Shown: positions 39,691 through 55,847 of the stretch, piece by piece | Numbering within the stretch: the first letter of the stretch is position 1 | How the letters are laid out: every line of letters starts with the position of its first letter | NCBI RefSeq assembly: GCF_009914755.1 | Contig: NC_060928.1 | Reading direction: 5' to 3' (one strand) | Source of the DNA: the human T2T-CHM13v2.0 reference genome, Homo sapiens | DNA length: 64,000 bases | Notes under the pieces: generated by a model | What the model saw: the letters and a program-made list of their open reading frames with translations, nothing else | Database searches by the model: none | Told to the model about the DNA's origin: nothing | Made by a program: the position numbers and the translations under genes

Positions 39691-42600
39691 GGTTTTTTCG
39701 TTTGTTTTTAATTTTTATTTTCATAGGTTATTGAGGAACAGATGGTGTTTGGTTACATGAGTAAGTTCTTTAGTGGTGATGTGTGAGATTTTGGTGCACC
39801 CATCACCTGAGTAGTATACTCTGCACACAGTTTGTAGTCTTTTACCCCTTAATTCCTTTCCACCCTTTCCCCATGAGTCCTCAAAGTCCATTGTGTCATT
39901 CTTAGGCCTTTGCATCCTCATAGCTTAGCTCCCACTTATAAGTGAGAACATACGATGTTTGGTTTTCCATTCCTGAGTTACTTCACTTAGAATAATAGTC
40001 TCCAATCTCACCCAGGTTGCTGCAAATGCCGTTAATTCATTTTTATGGCTGAGTAGTATTCCATTATATATATACCACAGTTTCTTTATCCACTCATTGA
40101 TTGATGGGCATTTGGGTTAGTTCCCCATTTTTGCACTTGCAAATTGTGTGCTTTAAACATGTGTGTGCAAGTATCTCTTTCATATAACGACTTCTTTTCC
40201 TCTGAGTAGATACCTGGTAGTGGGATTGCTGGATCAAATGGTATTTCTACTCTTATTTCTTTAAGGAATCTTCACACTGTTTTCCATAGTGGCTGTACTA
40301 GTTTACATCCCCACCAGCAGTGTAGAAGTGTTCCCTGTTCACCACATCCATGCCAACATCTATTATTTTTTGATTTTTTGATTATGGCCATTCTTGGAGG
40401 AGTAAGGTGGTTTTGATTTGCATTTCCCTGGTCACTAGTGTTGTCGAGCATTTTTTCATATGTTTGTTGGCCATTTGTATATCTTCTTTTGAGAATTGTC
40501 TATTCATGTCCTTAGCCTACTTTTTGATAAGATTGTTTTTTCTTGCTAATTTTTTTGAGTCCGTTGTAGATTCTGGATATTACTCCTTTGTCAGATGTAT
40601 ACATTGTGAAGACTTTCTCCCACTCTGTGGGTTGTCTGCTTACTCTGCTGACTGTTCTTTTTGCCGTGCAAAAGCTTTTTAGTTTGATTAAATTCCAGCT
40701 ATTTATCTTTGTTTTTATTGCATTTGCTTTTGGGTTCTTGGTCATGAAATCTTTGCCTAAGCCAATGTCTAGAAGGGTTTTTCCAATGTTATCTTCTAAA
40801 ATTTTTATAGTTTCAAGTCTTAGATTTAAGTCTTTGATCCATCTTTAGTTGATTTTTGTATAAGGTGAGAGATGAGGATCCAGTTTCGTTCTCCTACATG
40901 TGGCTTGCCAATTATCCCAGCACCATATATTGAATACGGTGTCCTTTCCCCACTTTACGCTTGTATTTGCTTTGTGGAGATCAGTTGGCTGTAAGTATTT
41001 GGGTTTATTTCTGGGTTTTCTAATCTGTTCCATTGGTCTATGTGCCTATTTTTATACTAGTACCATACTGTTTTGGTGACTATGGCCTTATAGTATAGTT
41101 TGAAATCAGGTAATGTGATGCCTCCAGATTTATTCTTTTTGCTTAGTTTTGTTTTTGCTATGTGTGCTCTTTTTTGGTTCCATATAAATTTTAGGATTGT
41201 TTTTTCTAATTCTGCGAAGAATGATGGTGGTATTTTGGTGGGAATTGCATTGAATTTGTAGATTGCTTTTGGCAGTATGGTCATTTTCACAATATTAATT
41301 TTACCAATCCATGAGCATGGGCTGTGTTTTCATTTGTTGGTATTGTCTATGATTTCTTTCAGCACAGTTCTGTAGTTTTTCTTGTAGAGGTCTTTCACTT
41401 CCTTGGTTAGGTACATTCCTAAGTATTTTATTTTTTTTGCAGCTATTGTGTAAGGGGTTGAGTTCTTGATTTGTTTCTCAGCTTTGTTGCTGTTGGTGTG
41501 TAGAAGAGTTACTGATTTGTGTACATTAATTTTGTATCCCAAAATTTTGCTGAATTCTTTATCAGTTCTAGGAGTTTTCTGAAGGAGTATTTAGGGTTTT
41601 CTAGGTAAACAGTCATATCACTGGCAAACAGTCACAGTTTGACTTCCTTTTTACCAATTCGGATGCCCTTTATTTCTTTCTCTCGTCCTATTGCTCTGAC
41701 TAGAACTTCCAATACTATATTGAAGAGAAGTGGTAAGAGTGGGCATCCTTGTCTTGTTCCAGTTCTCAAAGGGAATGCTTTCAACTTTTCCTCATTCAGT
41801 ATTATGTTGGCTGTGGGTGTTTCATAGATGGCTTTTATTACATTGAGGTATGTCCCCTGTATGCTGATTTTGATGAGAATTTTAATCATAAAGGGATGCT
41901 GGATTTTGTCAAATGCTTTTTCTGCATTTATTGAGATGATCATGTGATTTTTGTTTTTAATTCTGTTTACATGGTGTATCACATTTATTGACTTGCATAT
42001 GTTAAGCCATCCTTGCATCCCTGGTATGAAACCCACTTGATCATGGTGGATTATTTTTATGATATGTTGTTGGATTCAGTTAGCTAGTATTTTGTTAAGG
42101 ATTTTTGCATCTTTTGCATCTATGTTCATAAAGGATATTGGTCTGTGGTTTTGTTGTTGTTGTTGTACCTAGGTGATGTTCTTTTTGCGTTGAATTTCCC
42201 AGATGTTCTTTGAGCTTCTTGTATTTGGATGTCTAGGTCTCTAGCAACGCGGGGGAAACTTTCCTCGATTATTCCCCCAAATATGTTTTCCAAACTTACA
42301 GATTTTTCTTCTTTCTCAGGAATGCTGATTATTCTGAGGTTTGGCCATGTAACATAATCCCAGACTTCTTGTAGGGTTTGCTCATATTTTCTTATTCTTT
42401 TTTCCATGTAATTGTTGGATTGGGTTAATTTGAAAACCTGGTCTTTGAGCTCCAAAGTTCTTCCTACTGTTTGTTCGATTCCATTGCTGAGACTTTCCAG
42501 GGCATTTTGCACTTCTATAAGCATGTCCATTGTTTCCTGAAGTTTTGATTGTTTTTTATTTATGCTATCTATTTCATTGAAAATTTCTCCCTCGTTTCTT

Positions 42601-43275
42601 GTATCATTTTTTTGACTTCCTTAAATTGGGCTTCGCCTTCTGCTGGTGCCTCCCTGATTAGCTTAATAACTAACCTCCTGAATTCTTTTCCAAGTATAGC
42701 AGGGATTTCTTCTTGGTTTGGATCCATTGCTCGTGAACTAGTGTGATTTTTTGGGAGTGTTAAAGAGACTTCTGTCATATTACCAGAGTTGGTTTTTTGG
42801 TTTATTCTCATTTGGGTAGGCTCTGTCAGAGGGAAGGTCTAGGGCTCAAGTCCTGTTGTTCAGATTCTTTTGTCCCATGGGATGTTCCCTTGATGTAGTA
42901 CTCTCCCCCTTTTCCTAGGGATGTGACTTCCTGAGAGCCGAGCTATAGTGACTGTTATTTCTCTTCTGGATCCAGCCACCCAGCAGTTCAGCAGGCTCCA
43001 GGCTGGTACTGGGGTTTGTCTGTACAGAGTTCTGTGTTGTGAACTGTCTATGGGTCTCTAAACTGCGGATACCAGCACAATATTTAGGGTGTATTCTGGG
43101 TCCTGCAGGAGCAATCTGCTTCCTTCAGAGAGTCTATGGGTTCTCTTGGCTTTCCTGATTTGTTTCTGCAGTTGTTCTGGAGCAAAAGTTCACGATGTGA
43201 ACCTCCACATGGTGCTCTGTCCATCCAAGCGGGAGCGCAATCTACTTCTGCCTCCCATCCGCCATGATCTCTCTC
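39691..43275 (-). mobile_element. L1PB (L1PB1-like), 5'-complete but with two internal deletions
   Basis: L1PB-type 3'UTR; ORF2 RT/C-terminal fragments (40512-42036); ORF1 fragments (42126-42811); 5' end gagagagatcatggcggatgggaggcag; ACATTT flanks both ends (39684, 43276); only ~3.6 kb long. Confidence 0.88.
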
Positions 43276-43912
43276 ACATTTGCTTTATTGTATGGTTTGA
43301 AGGTGGCATTTAAGATAATCAAGTAATGTCTACTGAACCTGAAAAAAAATAAATGCCTGTCTGCCCTCTCTCTTTCTATTTCTTCCCTCCTCCTTCTTCT
43401 TTTTCTCCCCCTCTCCTTCCTTCCTCTCTCTCTCTCTCTCTTATCATTAGGTGATAAAGCAGGGTCTGTTTCAGACTCAATTAAAAATCATGAAAAAGAT
43501 TTTTAAGATCTCAGGCTGGACAGCTGATAGAGCAAGGAAAAATAGGAAGGCTTCAATGCTGTAAGTAGAAGTGAACTGCATTTACTGAGGCCTCTGTTTA
43601 GAAAGGCTTTTTGAATGTAGTTGCAGGATATAAGAATCTTATAATTTGATGGGCAGTGGCTTCATATCTGAACTGTGTCAATATTTATAAACTGTACTGC
43701 CACACCATTGAGTGTTTTTTCTGATAAAGGCTTTTAACTGTCAAATATTACCTTGATTTGTCACTTGGCTTCAATTTTTAGTAGCTATGCTATGAAATGT
43801 GGATTTCAGGTATACCATCTCACTAATTATGGCATTCACTGATAACTTCATACATAAACATATAACTAGAACAGGGATCTGTATCTTTATCAGTGATAAA
43901 GATTATCTATTT

Positions 43913-44119
43913 CAGCCTGGGCAACAAAGTAAGACTGTATCTCTACAAAAAAAATTAATCAGCTAGGTGTGGTGGCATGTGCCTGGAGTTCCAGCTACTT
44001 GGGAGGCTGAGGTGGGAGGATTGCTTGAGCTCAGGAGGTCAAGACTGCAGTGAGCTATGTTTGTACCACTGCACTCCAGCCTGAAAGACAGAGTGAGAAC
44101 CTGTCTCAAAAAAAGAAAA
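43913..44119 (+). mobile_element. 5'-truncated AluJ
   Basis: TSD AAAGATTATC(T/A)ATT at 43898 and 44120. Confidence 0.88.
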
Positions 44120-44578
44120 AAAGATTATCAATTGATATAAAAAACTCTCAAAACCCCTCTCTGACAATAACTTTTTAGAAAACCTTTTTACTTTGGAAAG
44201 AATTTTATATATGAAAACTACAATGTCTGGGGTGAAAATATACGGGATGGGATTAAAAACACATTAGACACTACAGAAAAAACAATAAGTGAACTTATTG
44301 AAACTATACAAAATAAAGCCCGGAGAAAAAACTGAAAAAGTATTGAGCAGTACATCAGTGTGTTGTGAGCGATTTAAACGGCCTAATAAACATGTAATTA
44401 GAATCCCTATACAAGGTATAAATAGGAGAAAGTTTAAAAATATTTGAAGAAATTATTGCCAAAAATTTTTCAAATTTGTTGAGAAATATAACCCACAAAT
44501 TCAGTGACTCATGAACTCCAAGCACAAGAAACAGAGAAATACATGAACATGCATCATAATCAAGTTATTAAGAACCAA

Positions 44579-44922
44579 GCCAGGCCTGAGGGCATGTACC
44601 TGTAGTCCCAGGTACTCAGGAGTTTGAGGTGGGAAGATTGCTTGTTCCCAGGAGTTCTGGGCTGTAGTGCACTATGCCAATCAAGTGTCCACACTAACTT
44701 CAGTATCAGTATGGTGACCTCCCAGGAGCAGGGGACCACCAGGTTGCTAAGGAGGAGTGAACTGGCCCAGGTCAAAAATGGAGATGATCAAACCTGCTGT
44801 TCTCATCAGTAATGGAATCACCCCTGTGCATAGCCACTCACTCTAGCCTGAGCAACATAGCAGGACCCTGTCTCAAAAAAAGAAAAAACCAAAAACGAAA
44901 ACCCAAAACAAAAACAAAAAAA
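44579..44922 (+). pseudogene. 7SL (SRP RNA) processed pseudogene
   Basis: Alu-domain start plus S domain (ttctgggctgtagtgcactatgcc...gtgacctccc...ggggaccaccaggttgctaaggagg...ggcccaggtc); ~296 nt body to 44874, then A-rich tail. Confidence 0.93.
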
Positions 44923-45061
44923 TGATAAAGAGAAAACATTAAAAGCATCCAAAGGAGTGGGAAAAATACATTATATATACAGGAATGAAGAAAAAATGAC
45001 AGCAGATTCAGAAATAATCCATGCCAGAAGACATTCAATCAGCAAAGAACTGAAGAATACT

Positions 45062-45239
45062 ATACTTACCTGGCAGGGGAGATACCATGATCACATAGAT
45101 GGTTTTCCCATGGCAAGTCTTATCCATTGCACTCTGGATGTGCTGACACCTGTGATTTCACCAAATGTGGGAAACTCAACTGCATAATTTGTGGTAGTGG
45201 GGGATTTTGTTTGCGCTTTCCCCTGGAAAAAAAAAAAAA
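45062..45239 (+). pseudogene. U1 snRNA processed pseudogene (full 164 nt, 45062-45225)
   Basis: ATACTTACCTGGCAGGGGAGATACCATGATCAC...AATTTGTGGTAGTGGGGG...TTTCCCCTG then polyA; no PSE/DSE or 3' box seen. Confidence 0.95.
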
Positions 45240-46379
45240 GAAGAACAACACTAGAAATGGTAAATAAGAGGGTAAAAATGAAATACACTTTTTCTTATTT
45301 TGAGTCTCTTTAAAAAATCATTGGCTGTTTAAAATATGTTGTTTAGTAATAGTATATAATGGAATTCATAGGGATTAGTGAAATAAAATGTATAACAGCA
45401 ATAGCACAAAGGCTGATGGATGGTGGCTGTGGGGGCAGTGGTGAAAGAAAGTTTACTGTACCTGAAGTGGTATAATATTACTAGGAGGTAGACTATGATA
45501 AGCTAAAGATATATACTATAAATCTAAGATATAGATATATATCTAAAGATATATACTAGAGATATATGCTAAATACTATAAAGACATATACTAAAAAGAT
45601 ATATACTATAAATTCTAAAGTAACTGTTAAAGATATATACTATAAGTCCTAAAGTAACTACTTAAAAAACAAATAAAAAGTTATAGTAAATAAACCCACT
45701 AAGAAGATATGATGGATTCTTAAAAAATAATAATCCAAAAGAAGTCAAGAAAAGGAAGGGAACAAAAAACAGAAGAAACAACTAGAAAACTAATAGCAAA
45801 ATTGTTCATTTAAACTCAGTTATGTTGATGATTACATTAAATGTAAATGGCCTAACTACCTCCAACCAAAAGGCAGAGATTGTATAAAAAAGCAACCCAA
45901 CAATAAGCTGTCTATAAAAAATTTACTTTAAATATAAACATACAAATAGAGTAAAATAATGAAAACACATGATGCTAATAATATTTAAAAGTTAGATTTC
46001 TTATATTAATATCAGACAATGTAGATTTCAGAACCAAAAATATTAGGATGGATTTAAAAAGATTGTTTCATTATGACAAGGGCTCAACTCATCAAAAGAA
46101 CATAACAATTCTTAAAGTTTATGAACCTAATATCAGAGCTTCAAATTTTTTGAAGCAAAAATTGGTAGAACTCAAAAAAGAAACAGATAAAATTTATGTT
46201 TTAGGTTTGGCAAATAGTCTAATGCCATTAACATAATAAGGAGATATTATAAAATACATGCTTATGAATATTTTATAATTCATCCAGGTACCCCAAAGAT
46301 TGTGAAATATACATCATTAGAGATAAAGGAAGAGATCCAGTGCGTATATAAAATGAAAAACTAGAATTATTTATGTTGC

Positions 46380-47700
46380 TCATTCATGTATTCATCTATA
46401 TATTAATTAAAAAATATTTACCATACTCTATTTTCTTCTGAGATAAAGCTTGCTGTCAAAAATCTAATGGCAATCTGATTTTACTTCCTTTATAAGTGAT
46501 TTGGTCTTTTGGCTACATTGGCGAAGATTCTTTTTCTTTCCATAAAGTATGGTAATTTGATTATACTATTTCTCAGCAATAGCAATTGTAGGTTGATTTT
46601 TCTGAGTTTATAATATGCTTTGATACTATTTTATATTCTTTTTAAAAATATTTCAAAAAAATTTTTTTTGAATTATGAATTTTAATTATTTTCTTCTGTT
46701 TTGGTTTTCTTCTATAAATATCTTCTATTTATGCATCACTTTCAAATATTTTAAAATTCTCTTTCTTTTTATAATTTCTTCATTTAAAAATTTTTCTCAT
46801 TTCATCTGTAACTCTTAAGGCATTATCTATTGCATGTATTCTCTCTGTGGTGTAAAAAAGACTGCACTAGAAGTTTTAGTCCTTGTTTCCAAATCTATTT
46901 GTTATTTTATTTCTAATTCCTTCCTTAGTTCTATCCCATCTCTAAGTGTTTCTAATTCTTACTTATGTTGTTTTTCAGAATTCTATTTTTTCTATTCATT
47001 TTAGCTCATCCTAAAATATTAGATGTCATTTTTATCTTTTTTGTTGGCATGTTTCTTTCTGGCATGCTGTAGGTTTTATTAGGGATGTTATTCTGCTCCT
47101 TATTTTCTCTTCCTTTCCTAGAATAATTTGTATGCAATTCAGTTACAATCAGTTTCTGTTGTTTCTTTTTATGTAAAGTTAATTTTCTGTAACTATAAGG
47201 ATAGGGTTGGCCAGGATAGCTTTTTTCGATTCACAACTTCAGAGCTTATTATTTGTTCAATTATGAGGTGCTGTACTCTCAGAGACCTCCTGGCTCTTTT
47301 TCTCCCATTAGTTTTATTTGAGGCTCTTTTTTTTTTTTTTTTCTGTGTCCCTATTATCCCTGTCCTGTTTCTGTGGGCTTTTGTTCCAGAAGGGGCCCTT
47401 TGGCTGCTTGGTTTCAAGAGTCCACAGGCCCAGGCAAGATTTGCCTAAGAACTAGACTGTGCCAAAGACCCTTTCAGTTTCTGTTATTTTTCTCAAAATT
47501 GTCCCACTGTGTGAATTCCAGTGGCTGCCTTTTAGAAATTTGGGGTTCTTCTGGTCTCAGGTCCATCATAGGCCTAATTGTTTTCCTCTGCTTTCCTCAA
47601 CACAGATGTTTATACTACAAGACTTTGGAACTGGAAAGTGTTCAACCCTACCAGATCTTAATTTTGGTTTGTAGGTGATAAAAATTTGCCTGATTTTTAT
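46380..47700 (-). mobile_element. Ancient L1/HAL1-like 5' region
   Basis: T-rich antisense ORF1-like remnants (ggcaatctgattttacttcctttataagtgatttggtcttt); family and boundaries uncertain. Confidence 0.45.
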
Positions 47701-47898
47701 CAGTCATGGATGTTTTCTGTGTTTTAAGTTATGCAAGCCTAGTCATAATGTCTGTTTTTTGTGTGTGTGTGTATATATATATATATATACATATACATAT
47801 TTGTATGTATTTTTATTGTGTGTGTGTGTATATATATATATATGTATTTTTATTTTTGGTGGATGCATTAGAGGGGAGATTAAAAATCTATGCTGCTT

Positions 47899-48205
47899 GG
47901 CCAGGCATGGTGGCTCACACCGGTAATCCCTGCACTCTGGGAGACTGAGGTGGGAGAATGGCTTGAGCCCAGGAGTTCGAGAACAGCCTGGGAAACATAG
48001 GGAGATCCGGTCTTTACAAAAACATGTTTTAAAGAATTAGCTGGGCATGGTGGTGTGTGCCTGTGGTCCTAACTACTCAGGAGACTGAGGTGAGAGGATT
48101 GGCTGAGACTGGAAGGTCAAGGCTGCAGTGTGCCATGATCAGGCCACTGCATTCCAGCTTGGGTGACAGGGAGAGATCTTGTCTCAAAAAAAAAAAAAAA
48201 AAAAA
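47899..48205 (+). mobile_element. AluJ
   Basis: Full dimer with A tail; GCTGCTT on both sides. Confidence 0.88.
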
Positions 48206-48212
48206 GCTGCTT

Positions 48213-49125
48213 CAATATGACACAAAAACTTATGCAAGAAAAGAAAAAATAGATAAGACAGACCTTATCAAAATTAATAAAAACTTTTGTGTGTCAAAGG
48301 ACACCATCAAGAAAATGAAAAGATGACAAAATAGAAGAAAATATCCGCAAACCATACATCTGATAAGGGTCTAGATACAAAGTATATTTTTAAAAAATTC
48401 TTAGAACTTAATTATAAAAAGATAAGCCACTCAATAAAAAATAGGCAAAATATTTGAAATAGATATTTTTCTAAAGAAGATATACAAATGGCCAAAAGCA
48501 CATGAAAAGATGTTCAGTATCATTAAGCATTAGGGAAATGCATATCAAAACCATGAGTCACCAGTGTACTCCTACTATAATGGCCGTGAGAAAACCTGAA
48601 AATATCAAGTATTTTCAAGGATATGGAGAAATTAAAACCCTCATACATTGCTGGTAAGAATGTAGAATGGCCCAGCTACTGAGGAAAACAATTTAGCAGT
48701 TCTTCAAAAGTTAAATAGAGTTTTCTAACTATATGACCAGCAATTCCATACCTATATATCTGCCCCAATGCATTAAAAAATATATATACATACCAAAACT
48801 TGTACATGATTTTTCACAGCAGCAATATTTATAATAGCCAAAGAATGGAAAGAATTAAGGTATTCATCAATTGATTAGTGGATAAACAAAAGTTGATATA
48901 CCTAAACAATGGAATATTACTCAGCCACAAAAAATAACGAAGTACTGATACATACTACAATATGGGTGAACCTTGAAAATGTTATGCTAAGTGAAAGAAA
49001 CCAGACGGAAAAAGACATACGCTGGGTGAATTAATTTATATGAAATGTCCCAAATAGGCAAATCAATAGAGAAAAAAATTAGATTACCAGTTGCCAAAGT
49101 ATGGTGAGAGAGGGGAAATGGGAGA
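48213..49125 (+). mobile_element. L1MB-type 3' end
   Basis: ORF2 C-terminal and 3'UTR landmarks (gtgaaccttgaaaatgttatgctaagtgaaagaaacc, tgaaatgtcccaaataggcaaatc). Confidence 0.8.
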
Positions 49126-49477
49126 TACAGGGTTTTAAATATCCTAGGACAGTCCTTTCTAACTTCAGATCTATACCATTATTTCTTAAGAAACTTTCTC
49201 TAACTACTAATTTTAAGGCACAGATCTTAAGCAAAAAAAGTTTTTTTTTTTCTTTTTTTAAATTTTATTATTATTATACTTTAAGTTTTAGGGTACATGT
49301 GCACAACGTGCAGGTTTGTTACATATGTATACATGTGCCATGTTGGTGTGCTGCACCCATTAACTCATCATTTAGCATTAGGTATATCTTCTAATGCTAT
49401 CCCTCCCCCCTACTCCCACCCCACAACAGTCCCCAGAGTGTGATGTTCCCCTTTCTGTGTCCATGTGTTCTCATTGT

Positions 49478-53320
<3,843 letters not shown>

Positions 53321-53368
53321 TTATTTTGCTTGTTAGTTGATGCAGTTTCTTGCTAGCCTTGATGGTCT

Positions 53369-54420
53369 TTACAATTTGGCTTGTTTTTGCAGTGGCTGGT
53401 ACCGGTTGTTCCTTTCCATGTTTAGTGCTTCCTTCAGGAGCTCTTTCAGCGCAGGCCGGGTGATGACAAAATCTCTCAGCATTTGCTTATCTGTAAAGTA
53501 TTTTATTTCTCCATCACTTATGAAGCTTAGTTTGGCTGGATATGAAATTCTGGGTTGAAAATTCTTTTCTTTAAGAATGTTGAATATTGGCCCCCACTCT
53601 TTTCTGGCTTGTAGAGTTTCTGCCGAGAGATCAGCTGTTAGTCTGATGGGCTTCCCTTTGTGGGTAACCCGACCTTTCTCTCTGGCTGCCCTTAACATTT
53701 TTTCCTTCATTTCAACTTTGGTGAATCTGACAATTATGTGTCTTGGAGTTGCTTGGTGAATCTGACAATTATGTTTCTTGGAGTTGCTCTTCTTGAGGAG
53801 TATCTTTGTGGCATTCTCTGTATTTCCTGAATCTGAATATTGGCCTGCCTTGCTAGATTGGGGACGTTCTCCTGGATAATATCCTGCAGAGTGTTTTCCA
53901 ACTTGGTTCCATTCTCCCCATCACTTTCAGGTACACCAATCAGACGTAGATTTGGTCTTTTCACATAGTCCCATATTTCTTGGAGGCTTTGTTCGTTTCT
54001 TTTTATTCTTTTTTCTCTAAACTTCCCTTCTCGCTTCATTTCATTCATTTCATCTTCCATCACTGATACCCTTTCTTCCAGTTGATCATATCGGCTCCTG
54101 AGGCTTCTGCATTCTTCACGAAGTTCTCGAGCCTTGGCCTTCAGCTCCATCAGCTCCTTTAAGTGCTTCTCTGTATTGGTTATTCTAGTTATACATTCAT
54201 CTACATTTTTTTCAAAGTTTTCAACTTCTTTGCCTTTGGTTTGAATTTCCTCCTGTAGCTTGGAGTAGTTTGATCGTCTGAAGCCTTCTTCTCTCAACTC
54301 GTCAAAGTCATTCTCCGTCCAGCTTTGTTCCGTTGCTGGTGAGGAGTTGTGTTCCTTTGGAGGAGGAGAGGTGCTCTGCTTTTTAGAGTTTCCAGTTTTT
54401 CTGGTCTGTTTTTTCCCCAT
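53369..54420 (-). pseudogene. L1 ORF1, frameshifted
   Basis: MGKKQ... 228 aa piece and 113 aa C-terminal piece separated by a 35-bp tandem duplication (53718-53787). Confidence 0.93.
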
Positions 54421-55577
54421 CTTTGTGTTTTTATCTAATTTTGGTCTTTGATGATGGTGACGTACAGATGGGTTTTTGGTGTGGATGTCCTTTCTGTTTG
54501 TTAGTTTTCCTTCTAACAGACAGGACCCTCAGCTGCAGGTCTGTTGGAGTTTGCTAGAGGTCCACTCCAGACCCTGTTTGCCTGGGTACCAGCAGCAGTG
54601 GCTGCAGAACAGCGGATTTTCATGAACCACAAATGCTGCTGTCTGATCGTTCCTCTGGAAGTTTTGTTGCAGAGGAGTACCCGGCCGTGTGAGGTGTCAG
54701 TCTTCCCCTACTGGGGGGTGCCTCCCAGTTAGGCTGCTCGGGGGTCAGGGGTCAGGGACCCATTTGAGGAGGCAGTCTGCCCATTCTCAGATCCCCAGCT
54801 GCGTGCTGGGAGAACCACTGCTCTCTTCAAAGCTGTCAGACAGGGACATTTTAGTCTGCAGAGGTTACTGCTTTTTGTTTGTCTGTGCCCTGCCCCCAGA
54901 GGTGGAGCCTACAGAGGCAGGCAGGCCTCCTTGAGCTGTGGTGGGCTCCACCCAGTTCGAGCTTCCCGGCTGCTTTGTTTACCTAAGCAAGCCTGGGCAA
55001 TCGTGGGCGCCCCTCCCCCAGCCTTGCTGCCACCTTGCAGTTTGATCTCAGACTGCTGTGCTAGCAATCAGCGAGACTCCATGGGCGTAGGACCCTCCAA
55101 GCCAGGTGTGGGATATAATCTCCTAGTGTGCCGTTTTTTAAGCCCATCGGAAAAGTGCAGTATTAGGGTGGGAGTGACCCGATTTTCCAGGTGCTGTCTG
55201 TCACCCCTTTCTTTGACTAGGAAAGGGAACTCCCTGACCCCTTGTGTTTCCCGAGTGAGGCAATGCCTCGCCCCACTTCGGCTCACACATGGTGCACTGC
55301 ACCCACTGTCCTGCGCCCACTGTCTGGCACTCCCTAGTGAGATGAACCCAGTACCTCAGATGGAAATGCAGAAATCACCGTCTTCTGTGTCGCTCACGCT
55401 GGGAGCTGTAGACTGGAGCTATTCCTATTTGGCCATCTTGGCTCCACCCTGGTCGGATCTGGTTTTTTAGGGCTGAAAGCATATACAGTTTTGGAGGCCC
55501 TCTGTAGCTTCTCAGGAATGCACCTGATGTCTTCAAGATGAGGCAAGCATTCCTTCCGCTTTCTTCCAGTCAGCTTT

Positions 55578-55847
55578 TGAAACCACCATTGCAAGATTAT
55601 ACCTGAGAAAATTATAGTAGTTAAAGAGATTTGCCCTGGCCGGGCGCGGTGACTCATGCCTGTAATCCCAGCACTTTGGGAGGCCGAGGAGGGTGGATCA
55701 TGAGGTCAGGAGGTCAAGACCCTCCTGGCTAACTCGATGAAACCCCATCTCTACTAAAAGCACAAAAAATTAGCCAGGCGTGATAGGGGGCTCCTGTAGA
55801 CCCAGCTACTCAGGAGGCTGAGGCAGGAAAATGGCCGACTCATTCTT
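55578..55847 (+). mobile_element. LTR8-like 5' fragment interrupted by a tailless AluY-like fragment (55638-55835)
   Basis: tgaaaccaccattgcaagattatacctgagaaaattat resembles the LTR8 start; the Alu stops at gaggcaggaaaatggc with no polyA. Confidence 0.65.

Larger units (their letters stand above)
44200..46200 (+). mobile_element. Ancient L1M ORF1/inter-ORF/ORF2-start remnant hosting 7SL and U1 retrocopies
   Basis: Degraded ORF1 landmarks and ORF2 EN start (attacattaaatgtaaatggcctaa; ORF 46048-46236 ITILKVYEPN). Confidence 0.7.

Noticed and set aside
45062-45225. Functional U1 variant gene
   Set aside because: PolyA tail, many substitutions, no PSE/DSE or 3' box seen; embedded in old L1
45500-45662. 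CRISPR-like repeat-spacer array
   Set aside because: Eukaryotic context, irregular spacing, spacers are repeat-derived, no cas genes
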